Shown one piece after another: positions 1 through 9,457 of a stretch of DNA of 64,000 bases. The stretch spans positions 30,414 to 94,413 of IMG/VR virus record IMGVR_UViG_3300037264_000690; one strand, 5' to 3'. A program made the position numbers and the translations under genes. The notes under the pieces were generated by a model. It had not been told where the DNA came from and did not search any database. It saw only the letters and a program-made list of their open reading frames with translations. Position 1 is the first letter of the stretch. Each line of letters begins with the position of its first letter. This DNA comes from a virus.

Positions 1-53
1 TCCGGTACGTGGCATAATGTGAGTATGGCGAGTAATTTTCTACTCAGGAGTAC

Positions 54-374
54 ATGATGGTCACGATCCGTTGTTTCCCTGGTGATGTGCTAACTCTGAC
101 GGTCAAGAATCGTGGTAACGATGGCGGTTTCTACATTTCGGCTACGAAGCCTGTGTGGACGCTGTCCAGCCACGTCCTAGCTGAGTTCTTCGAGATGGCT
201 CAGGATGGTCATAGCATCAAGGTTAAGGCCATTGCCGTCGGTGCTCCAGTAGTAACGGCGACCATTGACACCGGTAATGAGACCTTCACGCTTAATATCG
301 TGGCGCCACCGGCTCTGTCGAAGGTGCCAATGGGTGATTATGAGCGTAATCCAGCGTTGCGGCTCAAGCCGTAA
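54..374 (+). CDS. Ig-like (Big-2-like) domain protein
   Basis: AGGAG RBS; beta-rich with PVWTLS...KAIAVG..VVTAT...FTLNIV pattern; similar to the next ORF. Confidence 0.5.
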   Translation: MMVTIRCFPGDVLTLTVKNRGNDGGFYISATKPVWTLSSHVLAEFFEMAQDGHSIKVKAIAVGAPVVTATIDTGNETFTLNIVAPPALSKVPMGDYERNPALRLKP

Positions 375-380
375 TCTGGT

Positions 381-410
381 TTGAACTAACCTGGCCAGAC
401 CTGGTAGAAT
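381..410 (+). promoter_or_regulatory. candidate sigma70-type promoter
   Basis: TTGAAC-18bp-TAGAAT with extended -10 TG (TGGTAGAAT) in an intergenic gap. Confidence 0.45.
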
Positions 411-493
411 CAAGTTGTAGTCGATGCCTTGGTTGATGGAACCTCCCTTGGCCGGGAGGTCAATCAGGCTAGACCACACGGGGGTTTATAATC

Positions 494-838
494 ATGGCCA
501 TTACCGTAACGACCCTGCAGCAAGTTAGGCTGCATGTCGCTGCAGTTGCCCCAACGGGCAAGGTTCCACCAGTACCAGCACCAGTGTGGACTAACAGCCA
601 TCCAACGAAGGTGGCGCTTGCGTTCCCGCAGGGCGATACCAACACGGTTATCGCTATCGGCCTGGCAACGCAGGTTGGTGTCAGCATTACAGCCACGAGC
701 GGTATCCTGGTGCAAGTCTTCACCATTGACGTCGTATCTCCTGATGCAACTGCACTCACCGGCTCCAATGAGCTGCCTGAGAGCCAGAATGACCTCAACC
801 GCAGTCGCGGTCGTGGTCTGGGTCTTGGCTACCAGTAA
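494..838 (+). CDS. Ig-like domain protein, paralog of 54..374
   Basis: PVWTNS...IAIG...ITAT...FTIDV; followed by a terminator. Confidence 0.55.
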   Translation: MAITVTTLQQVRLHVAAVAPTGKVPPVPAPVWTNSHPTKVALAFPQGDTNTVIAIGLATQVGVSITATSGILVQVFTIDVVSPDATALTGSNELPESQNDLNRSRGRGLGLGYQ

Positions 839-862
839 GCCGGCCTGCCGTCATATTTATTG

Positions 863-897
863 CCCGGCACTTCCCAAAAAGTGCCGGGTTTTTCTTT
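863..897 (+). terminator. intrinsic terminator
   Basis: CCCGGCACTT-cccaaa-AAGTGCCGGG followed by TTTTTCTTT. Confidence 0.8.
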
Positions 898-914
898 GAC
901 TGTGAGCTACCACT

Positions 915-1469
915 ATGTCTAGCAAAAAACTGATTCAGTTACACGAAGACAAACTATTCCTTCATGAAGCTCAGCGCTTTCGTAAGTATGCTGATAACGT
1001 TCCGACTCTCCGGAAACGGCTGGTCAAACTTGGTTATAAGGATCAGGCTTGTCTGCTTGATCAACTCCGCTGGCTTAAGGAGCCTGACAAGCTAATAGCA
1101 GTTGACGCACCTGACAGAGCTCCGATCAACATCTTCGGTGGCGGTCAGATCTCTCGACAACCGTTCAACTTCGGCACCATTCCTGATAAGCCAGTTGATG
1201 CTGTTAGCTGGTTGACTAACCTTGGCGCACTGCGTCTAGACAATCATTTTCAGTGTCACTGGGCTGCTTGCACCATCGTCATTGCGGTCAACGGTTGGCG
1301 TGATGATAAGATCACCCGACGCGGCCGGCGGTGGGTCTATCAGCCACCCGATTTACCGCGAGCGTCCTTCCTGTTGCATTGGAAGGATCATCGTGATGTC
1401 TTCAATGACTGGAAGCGACATATGGCCCGTCTTTGTATTGTCGCTGCAACCCTCTATAAAATAACATGA
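915..1469 (+). CDS. hypothetical protein
   Basis: 184-aa ORF filling the gap between terminator and helicase. Confidence 0.65.
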   Translation: MSSKKLIQLHEDKLFLHEAQRFRKYADNVPTLRKRLVKLGYKDQACLLDQLRWLKEPDKLIAVDAPDRAPINIFGGGQISRQPFNFGTIPDKPVDAVSWLTNLGALRLDNHFQCHWAACTIVIAVNGWRDDKITRRGRRWVYQPPDLPRASFLLHWKDHRDVFNDWKRHMARLCIVAATLYKIT

Positions 1470-1534
1470 TGATAAGATGGAGTTCGTTCGCCAGTTGCCA
1501 CTCATGGTCAAAGTCCAGTTTAAGGGTGATGTAG

Positions 1535-3046
1535 ATGGCTAACGATGCAATGATGTCGCTGAATAAGGAGGTGGTCAGTCTCTTCGACTCGATCAAGCAA
1601 GCTGACATCCTTCCTGAAGTACAGATGCAGCCACATCAAGCACGTTTGCAGATGGAAGCGCAAGGCGAACCGTCTCGTAAGCTGCTCTATCATGCTCTTG
1701 GGTCAGGCAAGACGCTCTCGGCCCTAGGAATGGCGGAGGCTCAGCAGCAGCCGTATACTGCCATTGCACCAGCTGCCCTTCGCGCAAACTGGAAGTCGGA
1801 GATCCAGAAATTCACTGACGAGAAGACTCCGCAGCACGTCATGAGCTACTCCGAGCTGGCTCGTGGCAAACCTGTGCCATATCAGCACACAATCATCTTC
1901 GACGAGGCTCATCGGCTGCGCAACATTGGGACTGCTCAGACCAGTCAGGCCCTTCGCGCTGCAGAGAAAGCGCATCAGATTACGTTGCTATCTGGCTCGC
2001 CAGTCGTCAACGATCCACAGGATCTAGCAGTGCCGACTCGGATGCTCACCGGCCAGAAGATCAGCCCTCAGCAGTTCCGTCAGCGTTACGTTGGCGAACG
2101 GGAGGTCAGACCAGGCTTTTGGGCTCGCTTGCGTGGTGTGCCTGCTGGTCGAGAGGAAGACATCCAGAATGCTGAGGAGCTGAAGGCGTTACTCAAGGGT
2201 CGGGTTGACTACTATGCTCCGAAGTCGACGACCGTGCCAGTCAAGCACGAGGTTCATGATGTTGAAATGGGCGTTGAGCAGAGTCAGATCTATCGTGGCA
2301 TGTGGGAGAAGCTGCCGTGGCATATCCGATGGAAGCTGAAGAACGACTTCCCCATGAACTCCGAGGAACTACAGCGATCGGTCAGCTTCCTAACGGGGCC
2401 ACGGCAGGTCAGCCTGTCGCCATACCCGTATATGCGTGAAAAGAATCCGGTCAAAGCATTCCACATGTCGCCCAAGTTGATCAAGGCTCACGAGGAGATG
2501 CAGAAGCACCTCAGTCACCCGGACAAGAAGGCATTGGTCTTCAGCAACTACATCGACGCTGGGCTGACGCCGTACTCTGCCAAGTTGACAGAGCAGGGTG
2601 TACCCAATGCCCTCTTCCATGGTGGGCTCAACGACAAGCAGCGAAAAGAGCTCGTCGAGAACTTCAACACTGGCAAGATTCGTGTGGCCCTGATCGGTCC
2701 CTCTGGTAGTGAGGGCCTGTCATTTAGAGGCACCCAACTGATCCAGATGCTTGATCCGTATTGGCACCAAACCAGAACAAATCAGATGCAAGGACGTGGA
2801 CTGCGGTTCGATAGCCACACTGGTTTGCCGGAGGACCTGAAGGATGTGACTGTGCAGCAGTTCTCCTCGAAGCTACCCCTGGGCTTCAAGGATAGACTGT
2901 TGTCACGGATTGGCTTCGACCGGTCACGTCAGGCAGCTGGTGCTGATGCCTACTTGAAGGAAATGGCTGCTCGCAAGGAGAGGCTGAATCAGAAGTTCCT
3001 GAACCTCTTGAAGGAGGTTGGTTTACAGAATGGACGTGCAGCATGA
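1535..3046 (+). CDS. SF2 (SNF2-like) DEAH helicase/ATPase
   Basis: motif I YHALGSGKT, II IIFDEAH, III LLSGSP, V SEGLSF, VI QMQGRGLR. Confidence 0.9.
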   Translation: MANDAMMSLNKEVVSLFDSIKQADILPEVQMQPHQARLQMEAQGEPSRKLLYHALGSGKTLSALGMAEAQQQPYTAIAPAALRANWKSEIQKFTDEKTPQHVMSYSELARGKPVPYQHTIIFDEAHRLRNIGTAQTSQALRAAEKAHQITLLSGSPVVNDPQDLAVPTRMLTGQKISPQQFRQRYVGEREVRPGFWARLRGVPAGREEDIQNAEELKALLKGRVDYYAPKSTTVPVKHEVHDVEMGVEQSQIYRGMWEKLPWHIRWKLKNDFPMNSEELQRSVSFLTGPRQVSLSPYPYMREKNPVKAFHMSPKLIKAHEEMQKHLSHPDKKALVFSNYIDAGLTPYSAKLTEQGVPNALFHGGLNDKQRKELVENFNTGKIRVALIGPSGSEGLSFRGTQLIQMLDPYWHQTRTNQMQGRGLRFDSHTGLPEDLKDVTVQQFSSKLPLGFKDRLLSRIGFDRSRQAAGADAYLKEMAARKERLNQKFLNLLKEVGLQNGRAA

Positions 3047-3414
3047 TCACGATACTCTTTTTAATCAGTGTTGTAGCTAATAACATCATGATTGTATGGT
3101 GCTACTACACCCGTAGGTCTCGTAACGAGACCAGGTCATTGCGCGGTGGCTTTGAGCATATGTACTTCACTGAGAACGAAAAGCTCAGGAAGGCTCGGGC
3201 TCGTGTTCAAGAGCTGGAGACAGCCGTTGCTACCCATATGAACGCCAAGGGTCATCAGCGGTGCTGGATCAATGACTTGGAGCTGTACCGAGTGATCAAG
3301 CCAGAAGTTGATAAGATGAGTCTTGCTCTACCCTGTTTGCCAGAGTTCCTGCACAACTGCACGGTCTACTGGCGTGATAGCCAACCACCAGAAGCACGGA
3401 AACTCGGAGGCTAA
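3043..3414 (+). CDS. hypothetical membrane-anchored protein
   Basis: ATGA overlap with the helicase; N-terminal hydrophobic segment; H..CW / HNC motifs. Confidence 0.65.
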   Translation: MITILFLISVVANNIMIVWCYYTRRSRNETRSLRGGFEHMYFTENEKLRKARARVQELETAVATHMNAKGHQRCWINDLELYRVIKPEVDKMSLALPCLPEFLHNCTVYWRDSQPPEARKLGG

Positions 3415-3416
3415 CT

Positions 3417-5105
3417 GTGCCAAGACAATCAGTTGGAATCCCCGATCATGATGCCTATGGTGATCCACTGGCTGGCCTGACTACTGGCCAGCTTGCTGAT
3501 TGGGTTGTGCAGCGTCACATGGCTCAACGCGCTGGCGAACACTATGATGTCCGCTTCGGCACACCTGAAACTGGACTGTATTCTTGGGCAGCACGTAATG
3601 GTCTGCCCATGCCTGGCCAGAAACACCTCGCTGTCCAACAACCCATCCATGCTCATGGGTATAAGGACTTCCAGGGTGTCATCCCTCGTGGTTACGGTGC
3701 TGGCTCGGTCAGTAAGACTCAGTCAGGTCACGTCTTGGTAACCAGGATCGAGCCGAATGCAATCCACTTCACCACTGCGCGAAGTCGATTTCCCGAACGA
3801 TTCGCTCTGATCAAGCCGAAGAGTGGCAAGAACTGGCTATTGCTAAACACTACCAAGACCCAACCAATTCCTTACGACAAAGTTCACTACGCGACCATCC
3901 CTACCGAGAAAGCTGAGGAGATTATTGATGGTCTTCAACCAGGAAGCTCAGTACAAGCAAAAGTTGATGGTGCAGCAAGTCTCACAAAACTGTTCAAAGA
4001 CCACGTCGAGGTGGTTTCCTATCGAACGGCAAAAGGAACTGGATACCCAATTGTCCACACCGAGCGAGTGTTCCACGGACGACCCGGGGCTCAGATCCCT
4101 CGTGAGCTTATTGGAACGGTTTTGCGGGGGGAACTATATGGCGTTGGTCCCGAAGGTCGTGCTATTCCATCACAGCAGCTTGGTGGACTCCTCAACGCCG
4201 GAGTGGCTAAGTCGATCCAAAGGCAACGGGATCAGCAGATCAAACTGCGTAATCTTGTTTTCGACATTCACCAGCTTGGAGAATCGCCAACAGCAGCTAT
4301 GCCCTACGCTCAGCGGCTTGCCAAGTTGAAGGAGATCCTGCCGCTTCTGCCGAGCAGCGAGACGTTTCATGCTCCAGAGGAAGCAAGGACTCCAGTTGAA
4401 GCCCGTGCGCTTTTCGAACGTATACGTGCTGGTCAGCATCCATTGACCAGTGAGGGTCTGGTCGTTCACTCACCTACGGGAGTTCCGTCCAAGATCAAGT
4501 TCATGGAAGACCACGATGTTCATGTTCGTAGCATCTTCCCTGGTGAAGGTAAGTATGAGGGCATAGGTGCTGGTGGCTTCAACTACAGCCATGAGCCTGA
4601 AGGTCCCATCATTGGTCGAGTTGGTACTGGACTGTCCGACGAGATGCGTCGTGACTTGTTGGAGAACCAGGACGACTATGTTGGTCGTGTCGCCAGGGTA
4701 CAGGCCCAACAGAAGTTTCCATCTGGTTCGTTACGGGCACCATCGTTCATTTCCTTCCATGAGGACTACCCAGCTCGTCAGGCAGCACAGACCGCTGCAT
4801 CCGAGATGGGGTCGGCACGTCAGCGTATTCGCACCATGCGGCAACCAACGGCTGGCAATCCAGCTGAGCACGTCGGTGGCGCCTTAGCAGCGTTACGTCA
4901 AGCAAAGAAAGAGTCTGATCGCGGTAACTGGCCAGCTAAGCATGATCTGCTACGACAGACCATTCGCTCCGAGCCACACAATTTCATAATTGACTCAGAG
5001 ATGGCTGGCATTACCGGCTTGACACACAAGCCAACCGGGTTCAAAATCCACATTCCAACCCCAACTGTGCCGACGGAGCTGCGAGTTGCAAAGGGGGCCA
5101 TATGA
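3417..5105 (+). CDS. LigD-like 3'-phosphoesterase + ATP-dependent DNA ligase fusion
   Basis: PE motifs VVQRH..HYDVRF..SWA..LAVQ..H..Y.DFQG.IP.GYGAG; ligase motif I KVDG, GELY, VFDI, EGLVV, KIK; OB fold VGTGLSD...SLRAPSF. Confidence 0.85.
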   Translation: MPRQSVGIPDHDAYGDPLAGLTTGQLADWVVQRHMAQRAGEHYDVRFGTPETGLYSWAARNGLPMPGQKHLAVQQPIHAHGYKDFQGVIPRGYGAGSVSKTQSGHVLVTRIEPNAIHFTTARSRFPERFALIKPKSGKNWLLLNTTKTQPIPYDKVHYATIPTEKAEEIIDGLQPGSSVQAKVDGAASLTKLFKDHVEVVSYRTAKGTGYPIVHTERVFHGRPGAQIPRELIGTVLRGELYGVGPEGRAIPSQQLGGLLNAGVAKSIQRQRDQQIKLRNLVFDIHQLGESPTAAMPYAQRLAKLKEILPLLPSSETFHAPEEARTPVEARALFERIRAGQHPLTSEGLVVHSPTGVPSKIKFMEDHDVHVRSIFPGEGKYEGIGAGGFNYSHEPEGPIIGRVGTGLSDEMRRDLLENQDDYVGRVARVQAQQKFPSGSLRAPSFISFHEDYPARQAAQTAASEMGSARQRIRTMRQPTAGNPAEHVGGALAALRQAKKESDRGNWPAKHDLLRQTIRSEPHNFIIDSEMAGITGLTHKPTGFKIHIPTPTVPTELRVAKGAI

Positions 5106-5581
5106 TGAATATAAGTGTAATTGACCTGCTCGTGATATGTCTCGTCACGATGTTGCTCAACTGCATGTTGCTCGTCTTTGTGGCAGTGTGGTTGTACTGC
5201 TACTTTGATGAGAAGATCGAGCAACTGACCAGGTCGAATCGACGTTTGCTTACGCGTCTTGATTGTCAAGAGGATGCGACGAAGAGGTTGCAAATCTTCA
5301 ATCCGCTGGCAGAGGAGATCTATCCGCCAATCTTTGACTTGGCATCGATAGCTGCACAAGTATCACCGATGGCTGAGGAGTTGGCCACGGAGGAACCATC
5401 GCCATACTTCACCTACCTTAAATCACACAAAGAGTTGTGGAGGCTGCAAGTTAAGGGCGAGGATAACTCGGATTATGCCGACTATCTTCGTGGCGTCATG
5501 GACGAGTGCTACGCCAAGCTCAACATAGTTGAGCAAGAGAATGCTGATCGTGAATCAGCCGAGGCGTGGAAGAACATCTAA
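5102..5581 (+). CDS. hypothetical membrane protein
   Basis: overlaps the ligase stop; N-terminal TM helix. Confidence 0.65.
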   Translation: MMNISVIDLLVICLVTMLLNCMLLVFVAVWLYCYFDEKIEQLTRSNRRLLTRLDCQEDATKRLQIFNPLAEEIYPPIFDLASIAAQVSPMAEELATEEPSPYFTYLKSHKELWRLQVKGEDNSDYADYLRGVMDECYAKLNIVEQENADRESAEAWKNI

Positions 5582-5599
5582 AAAGGTCATGGTAACGTG

Positions 5600-5783
5600 T
5601 CAGTATTCAGTGGCGTGGCTTATCATAAAGGCCAAACATCTGCCATCATGAGCAGATGAGCGACGTCGTCCCACCAGTGCTGATTTTTACATCATAGCAC
5701 TTGATATAAGTGGCGAGGACGGTTACAGTTTCCTTATTGGAAGCATCGGGGATGGCAACGGTTGTCAACCTCACTACTTCTTT
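5600..5783 (+). ncRNA. candidate structured RNA(s), two multibranch domains
   Basis: stems TCAGTATT/AGTGCTGA (5600-5683) and AGTGGCGAGG/CCTCACTACT (5709-5778), each enclosing hairpins and followed by T-rich runs. Confidence 0.3.
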
Positions 5784-5808
5784 AGAGCTCAGTTCAGAAA
5801 GGTCAGTC

Positions 5809-5934
5809 ATGACGAACTCGTGTAGCGCACCGGGTGCACCCAAGCCAGCCGCCATCAAAAAGGGCACTCCCCGCAAGGGCAGCACGGCAAAGGGCAAGGG
5901 TACGAAGGGCAAGGGCAGTAGCCGTGGGCGTTAA
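5809..5934 (+). CDS. small very basic Lys/Gly-rich protein (41 aa)
   Basis: GAAAGG RBS before ATG 5809; MTNSCSAPGAPKPAAIKKGTPRKGSTAKGKGTKGKGSSRGR; downstream hairpin. Confidence 0.55.
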   Translation: MTNSCSAPGAPKPAAIKKGTPRKGSTAKGKGTKGKGSSRGR

Positions 5935-5969
5935 GCCCCGGTAACCGCATATTTGCCTCTGTAAGTACA

Positions 5970-5995
5970 CGAGGGGCTCCGCAAGGAGCCCCTCG
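5970..5995 (+). terminator. GC-rich GNRA hairpin (terminator or stabiliser)
   Basis: CGAGGGGCTCC-GCAA-GGAGCCCCTCG; weak U-tract. Confidence 0.5.
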
Positions 5996-6043
5996 TTGCG
6001 TTTCAAGCACAGCGCATTTTCTTTAAGCATCAGGGGGTTGGTA

Positions 6044-7246
6044 GTGTCAACGATGATGAAGATGTTTCAGGATGTCATGATATGTCTCGATCAACAGCTA
6101 AATGTGCTGCTGGTCAGTGCCCCAGGTATGGGCAAGAGTTCATTCACGAAATGGATGGCTAATGAACTGAATGTCTTGCATATCGATATCAATCTCTCGC
6201 AGAATGAGGGTATTGACGTTCACGGAGCTCGAATCATTGCCCGTGAACCAAAGACGATTAATGGGAAGCAATGCACGGTTACAGTGCAAGCCCCACCTGA
6301 TTACGCCATTGACGCTACAGACTCCAATCGTGGCGCATTGATCAACTTCGAGGAGTTGACCTGCATCCCGCCGGCTGAAGCTGGTCCAACACTGGGCATC
6401 TTCTCGGATTACATCATCGGAGGCATCCGTCTCGACAAGGAGAGGATTGGCATCACGGCGTGCTGTAATCCGCCGGAGATGTCCGCTGGTGGTTGGAAGC
6501 TTAGTCTACCCACGATTAACCGATTCGTGCGGCTCAACTTCGATCAAGACGTGACGGAGTGGGCAGAGAATTTCATCACTTACTGGGACAATCCACCAGT
6601 TATCAAGAGATGGAATCGTGAAACTTCTGAGTCCGAGTGGTCGCGTGATCGTGCAGTCGTCGCCTCGTTTGCCAGGCAGTTTCCTGACTTGGTGAACAAA
6701 CCACCCGAAGCTGGCTCCGCTGATGAATCCTTCTGCACATTCCGCTCGCTTGACTTTGCCAGTCGTATCAAGACAGGCTGTCGGCTGCGCAATGCAACCG
6801 AGGATGTGCGACAGAGGCTATGGGCTGGTGCGTTAGGAGGTGCCACCGCTAAACAGTTGTGGGAGTACCTCAACCATTTCGATCTTCCTTCTCCATCGGA
6901 GATCATTGATAATCCGGGGAACTTCGACATGACGATCGTCCCCTCGGACAAGATGTTCTACCTAATCATGGCCTGTGTCGCTGAGATCATGAATCGCAAG
7001 CGGCAGGGCGATGCCAAGAAGAAGGACATGAAGTTCCACAGCTACGTCATCAAGTCGTGGCAGAGTATGTGGGATATTCTGCTGCTGGTACTCAAGAGTC
7101 GTGGCCCAAAAGACATTGTGGCTGCAGCAGCTCGGCGGATTGCCGATCCAGCAAACTACCCGAAAGGTGCTGAGCCACCCACGGCGATTGAAGATATCGT
7201 TAAGGTGGTGCGGGCATCTGGCGTTGATTGGAGAAGGAAGGCATGA
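6044..7246 (+). CDS. MoxR-like AAA+ ATPase
   Basis: Walker A SAPGMGKS, Walker B-like INFEE, sensor ACCNPP, LSLPTINRF arginine finger; start placed at GTG after GGGGG. Confidence 0.85.
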   Translation: MSTMMKMFQDVMICLDQQLNVLLVSAPGMGKSSFTKWMANELNVLHIDINLSQNEGIDVHGARIIAREPKTINGKQCTVTVQAPPDYAIDATDSNRGALINFEELTCIPPAEAGPTLGIFSDYIIGGIRLDKERIGITACCNPPEMSAGGWKLSLPTINRFVRLNFDQDVTEWAENFITYWDNPPVIKRWNRETSESEWSRDRAVVASFARQFPDLVNKPPEAGSADESFCTFRSLDFASRIKTGCRLRNATEDVRQRLWAGALGGATAKQLWEYLNHFDLPSPSEIIDNPGNFDMTIVPSDKMFYLIMACVAEIMNRKRQGDAKKKDMKFHSYVIKSWQSMWDILLLVLKSRGPKDIVAAAARRIADPANYPKGAEPPTAIEDIVKVVRASGVDWRRKA

Positions 7247-7845
7247 GTTTTGCCATCCAGCTCACATGCTCAGATGCAACCCACGAAGTTGTTGTCGATC
7301 TAGAGCGAAAGCTAATCTATCTACCCAGTCATGACGCCGAGTTCGTACGACGCTATCAAGCGTTGTATGAACTCGGCGGTGATCCTATTCCATGTTGTGC
7401 CATGGCCATCGACTTGTTGTCCGGTCTCCACCCTGGATACCTTCAATTGCATTACGATCTGTTTAATTTAGAAGTGCTCACGCCCACGTACTGTAACTGG
7501 CGTGACGCATTATCTAGAGCTATTGACTGTGTTTGTTATCGCGTAACCATCGTGTCAGGATTGAAATCACCAACCATCATTGGGCGAGTTGGTTTCTACA
7601 TCGGAGCAACTCGCGGTCAAATCATCCGTAATGTCAAGGCGTTTGAGGACAAGGGTGGAAAAACCATCTTCTATCCGCCAACGCTTCGTTGTCTTGTTGG
7701 GGAGCATTGGCTTATTGCAAACCGTCTCGTTGAGCGAGCTCTTGATGATGACTTCTCCCCAACAGATCCTGATCCAGCGTGGCATACCGCGACTCTTGCT
7801 GGAGGGCACTATGAGCCAGCTTCGCATTCCAGTGCGGTGCGATGA
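7243..7845 (+). CDS. hypothetical protein, C..H..H..C family member 1
   Basis: ATGA overlap with the AAA gene; CSDATH..H..RRY..L.ELGGDP..C. Confidence 0.7.
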   Translation: MSFAIQLTCSDATHEVVVDLERKLIYLPSHDAEFVRRYQALYELGGDPIPCCAMAIDLLSGLHPGYLQLHYDLFNLEVLTPTYCNWRDALSRAIDCVCYRVTIVSGLKSPTIIGRVGFYIGATRGQIIRNVKAFEDKGGKTIFYPPTLRCLVGEHWLIANRLVERALDDDFSPTDPDPAWHTATLAGGHYEPASHSSAVR

Positions 7846-8086
7846 GGCCGTCCACCACATCGAGATCGATCCGCTCAAATTGGAGGCGTATCTGCTCGAT
7901 CACCAGATCACCATGGAGCGCTACGCATGCCTTGAAGAGATCGGTGGCGATCCACCAATGTGCTACAAGATGTGCAAAGCCTTCAACGACATTTCAGCAC
8001 CATTCCGCAACACCCCGCAGAAGTTCTGGGAGTTCGTGACTGAACTCTCCGACTTTGCGAGGAAAAAGCACGAGGACATCCTATGA
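7811..8086 (+). CDS. hypothetical protein, C..H..H..C family member 2
   Basis: GGAGGG RBS; CDEAVH..H..ERY..L.EIGGDP..C; ATGA overlap with the next gene. Confidence 0.7.
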   Translation: MSQLRIPVRCDEAVHHIEIDPLKLEAYLLDHQITMERYACLEEIGGDPPMCYKMCKAFNDISAPFRNTPQKFWEFVTELSDFARKKHEDIL

Positions 8087-9432
8087 GCGTTGTGACCGTT
8101 GAAATCCCACCTGAGCTTCTGGAAAGGGACATCTACTCTGCTCGTCTCCGTGCTTGTGATGCCACGACCGGGTTCCCTTTTCTCAGCTACGGTTTGATGA
8201 GCCTGATCCCTGTCATCACCAGTAAGGTGAAGACTTGTGCGGTCGACAAGTGGTGGCGGGTGTACGTCAACCCGGACTTCTTCAGCTCGCTGACTCCCGA
8301 CGAGGGAGCCATGGTCATGGTCCACGAGGTCTGGCACTTGCTGCTTGAACACGCACGACGTGCCGTCGACTACGGCATCCCCACAACCGATCACGAGATC
8401 TGGAACTGTGCAGACGACATTGAGATCAACCAGCACGACGCGATCTTCAAGCGGCTGCCAGGCAAGCCACTGACGCCGAATACTTTCGGCTTCAAGCGCA
8501 ACTTGCTGGCTGAGGAATACTACGAGCTGCTCAAGAAGAACACGACCACCATCGAAATCTGCTTCATGCCTGGTTCTGGTGCCTGCGGCTCGTGTGCTCA
8601 TGGCAATCCGGAGGACTACGAGTTGCCGGAACCGACCCACTCGACTGGTGAGTCCAAGGACGGTGAGTCCAAGGACGGTGAGGCTGGCGATGAAAACAGT
8701 CAGAAGGATTACGTGCCTGGCATCAGTGAGATGCGAGCCAAGATCATTGCCCAGGAGGTTGCAAGGCAGATCCAGGAGGCAGCCAAGTCTTGTGGCAACG
8801 TGCCCGAGGGTTGGCAGCGCTGGGCAGACCGGACGCTGACGCCGATGGTGGACTACCGTCCGTTCCTGCGACAGAGCATCCAGGGCATGATCGTTTCTAA
8901 GTCGGGCTATGTCTACCCGAGTTATCGTAAGCCCAGTCGCCGACAACACCTCAACCCCGACTTCCTACGGCCGTTCTACAAGGATATCCTGCCGCAGGTC
9001 GCCATGATCATCGACACCTCTGGTTCGATGAGCGATCAGCAGGTGGGGCAGGGCATTGCTGAAGTGGATGGCGTGCTGTCCACCTTCAGTCACCGGGCTG
9101 CCATCGCGGTGTATTTCACTGACGCTGCAGCTGCTGCAGCACAGAAGGTTTGCTGCACCAAAGACCTACGGCCCATTGGTGGCGGCGGCACAGATATGGG
9201 TGAAGGTTTCCAGGCCATTGACGCTGACGTGAAAAAGAACCCCGGTTCACAGCCATCGACCATCATCGTCATCACCGATGGCTACACGCCGTGGCCAGCA
9301 AAGCCACCCAGCTACGCTAACGTCCTCGTCGTCCTGGTGGGGGATGGTGACACGGCGCCATGGGCCAAACCACCCGTTCATGGCACAATCAAATTGAAGA
9401 TGCCTAAGCCGAAGCCGCAACGGCAGCATTGA
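8083..9432 (+). CDS. metallopeptidase-like + VWA domain protein (DUF2201-like), MoxR partner
   Basis: HEVWH zincin motif, WN..DD.EIN, CGSCAHG, MIDAS DTSGS, GGGTD, ITDG. Confidence 0.85.
   Translation: MSVVTVEIPPELLERDIYSARLRACDATTGFPFLSYGLMSLIPVITSKVKTCAVDKWWRVYVNPDFFSSLTPDEGAMVMVHEVWHLLLEHARRAVDYGIPTTDHEIWNCADDIEINQHDAIFKRLPGKPLTPNTFGFKRNLLAEEYYELLKKNTTTIEICFMPGSGACGSCAHGNPEDYELPEPTHSTGESKDGESKDGEAGDENSQKDYVPGISEMRAKIIAQEVARQIQEAAKSCGNVPEGWQRWADRTLTPMVDYRPFLRQSIQGMIVSKSGYVYPSYRKPSRRQHLNPDFLRPFYKDILPQVAMIIDTSGSMSDQQVGQGIAEVDGVLSTFSHRAAIAVYFTDAAAAAAQKVCCTKDLRPIGGGGTDMGEGFQAIDADVKKNPGSQPSTIIVITDGYTPWPAKPPSYANVLVVLVGDGDTAPWAKPPVHGTIKLKMPKPKPQRQH
8647..8682 (+). repeat. 15-bp tandem repeat encoding GESKD
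   Basis: GGTGAGTCCAAGGAC x2 plus partial GGTGAG in the acidic linker. Confidence 0.8.
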
Positions 9433-9457
9433 TAAACGGTTCCTTGGCCGTCCTGCG

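Noticed and set aside
5625-5670. c-di-GMP-I riboswitch resemblance (AAAGGCCAAAC + stem)
   Set aside because: No GNRA tetraloop, ACGCAAA junction or receptor
8647-8682. 15-bp tandem repeat as a phase-variation or regulatory element
   Set aside because: In-frame duplication within a disordered acidic linker
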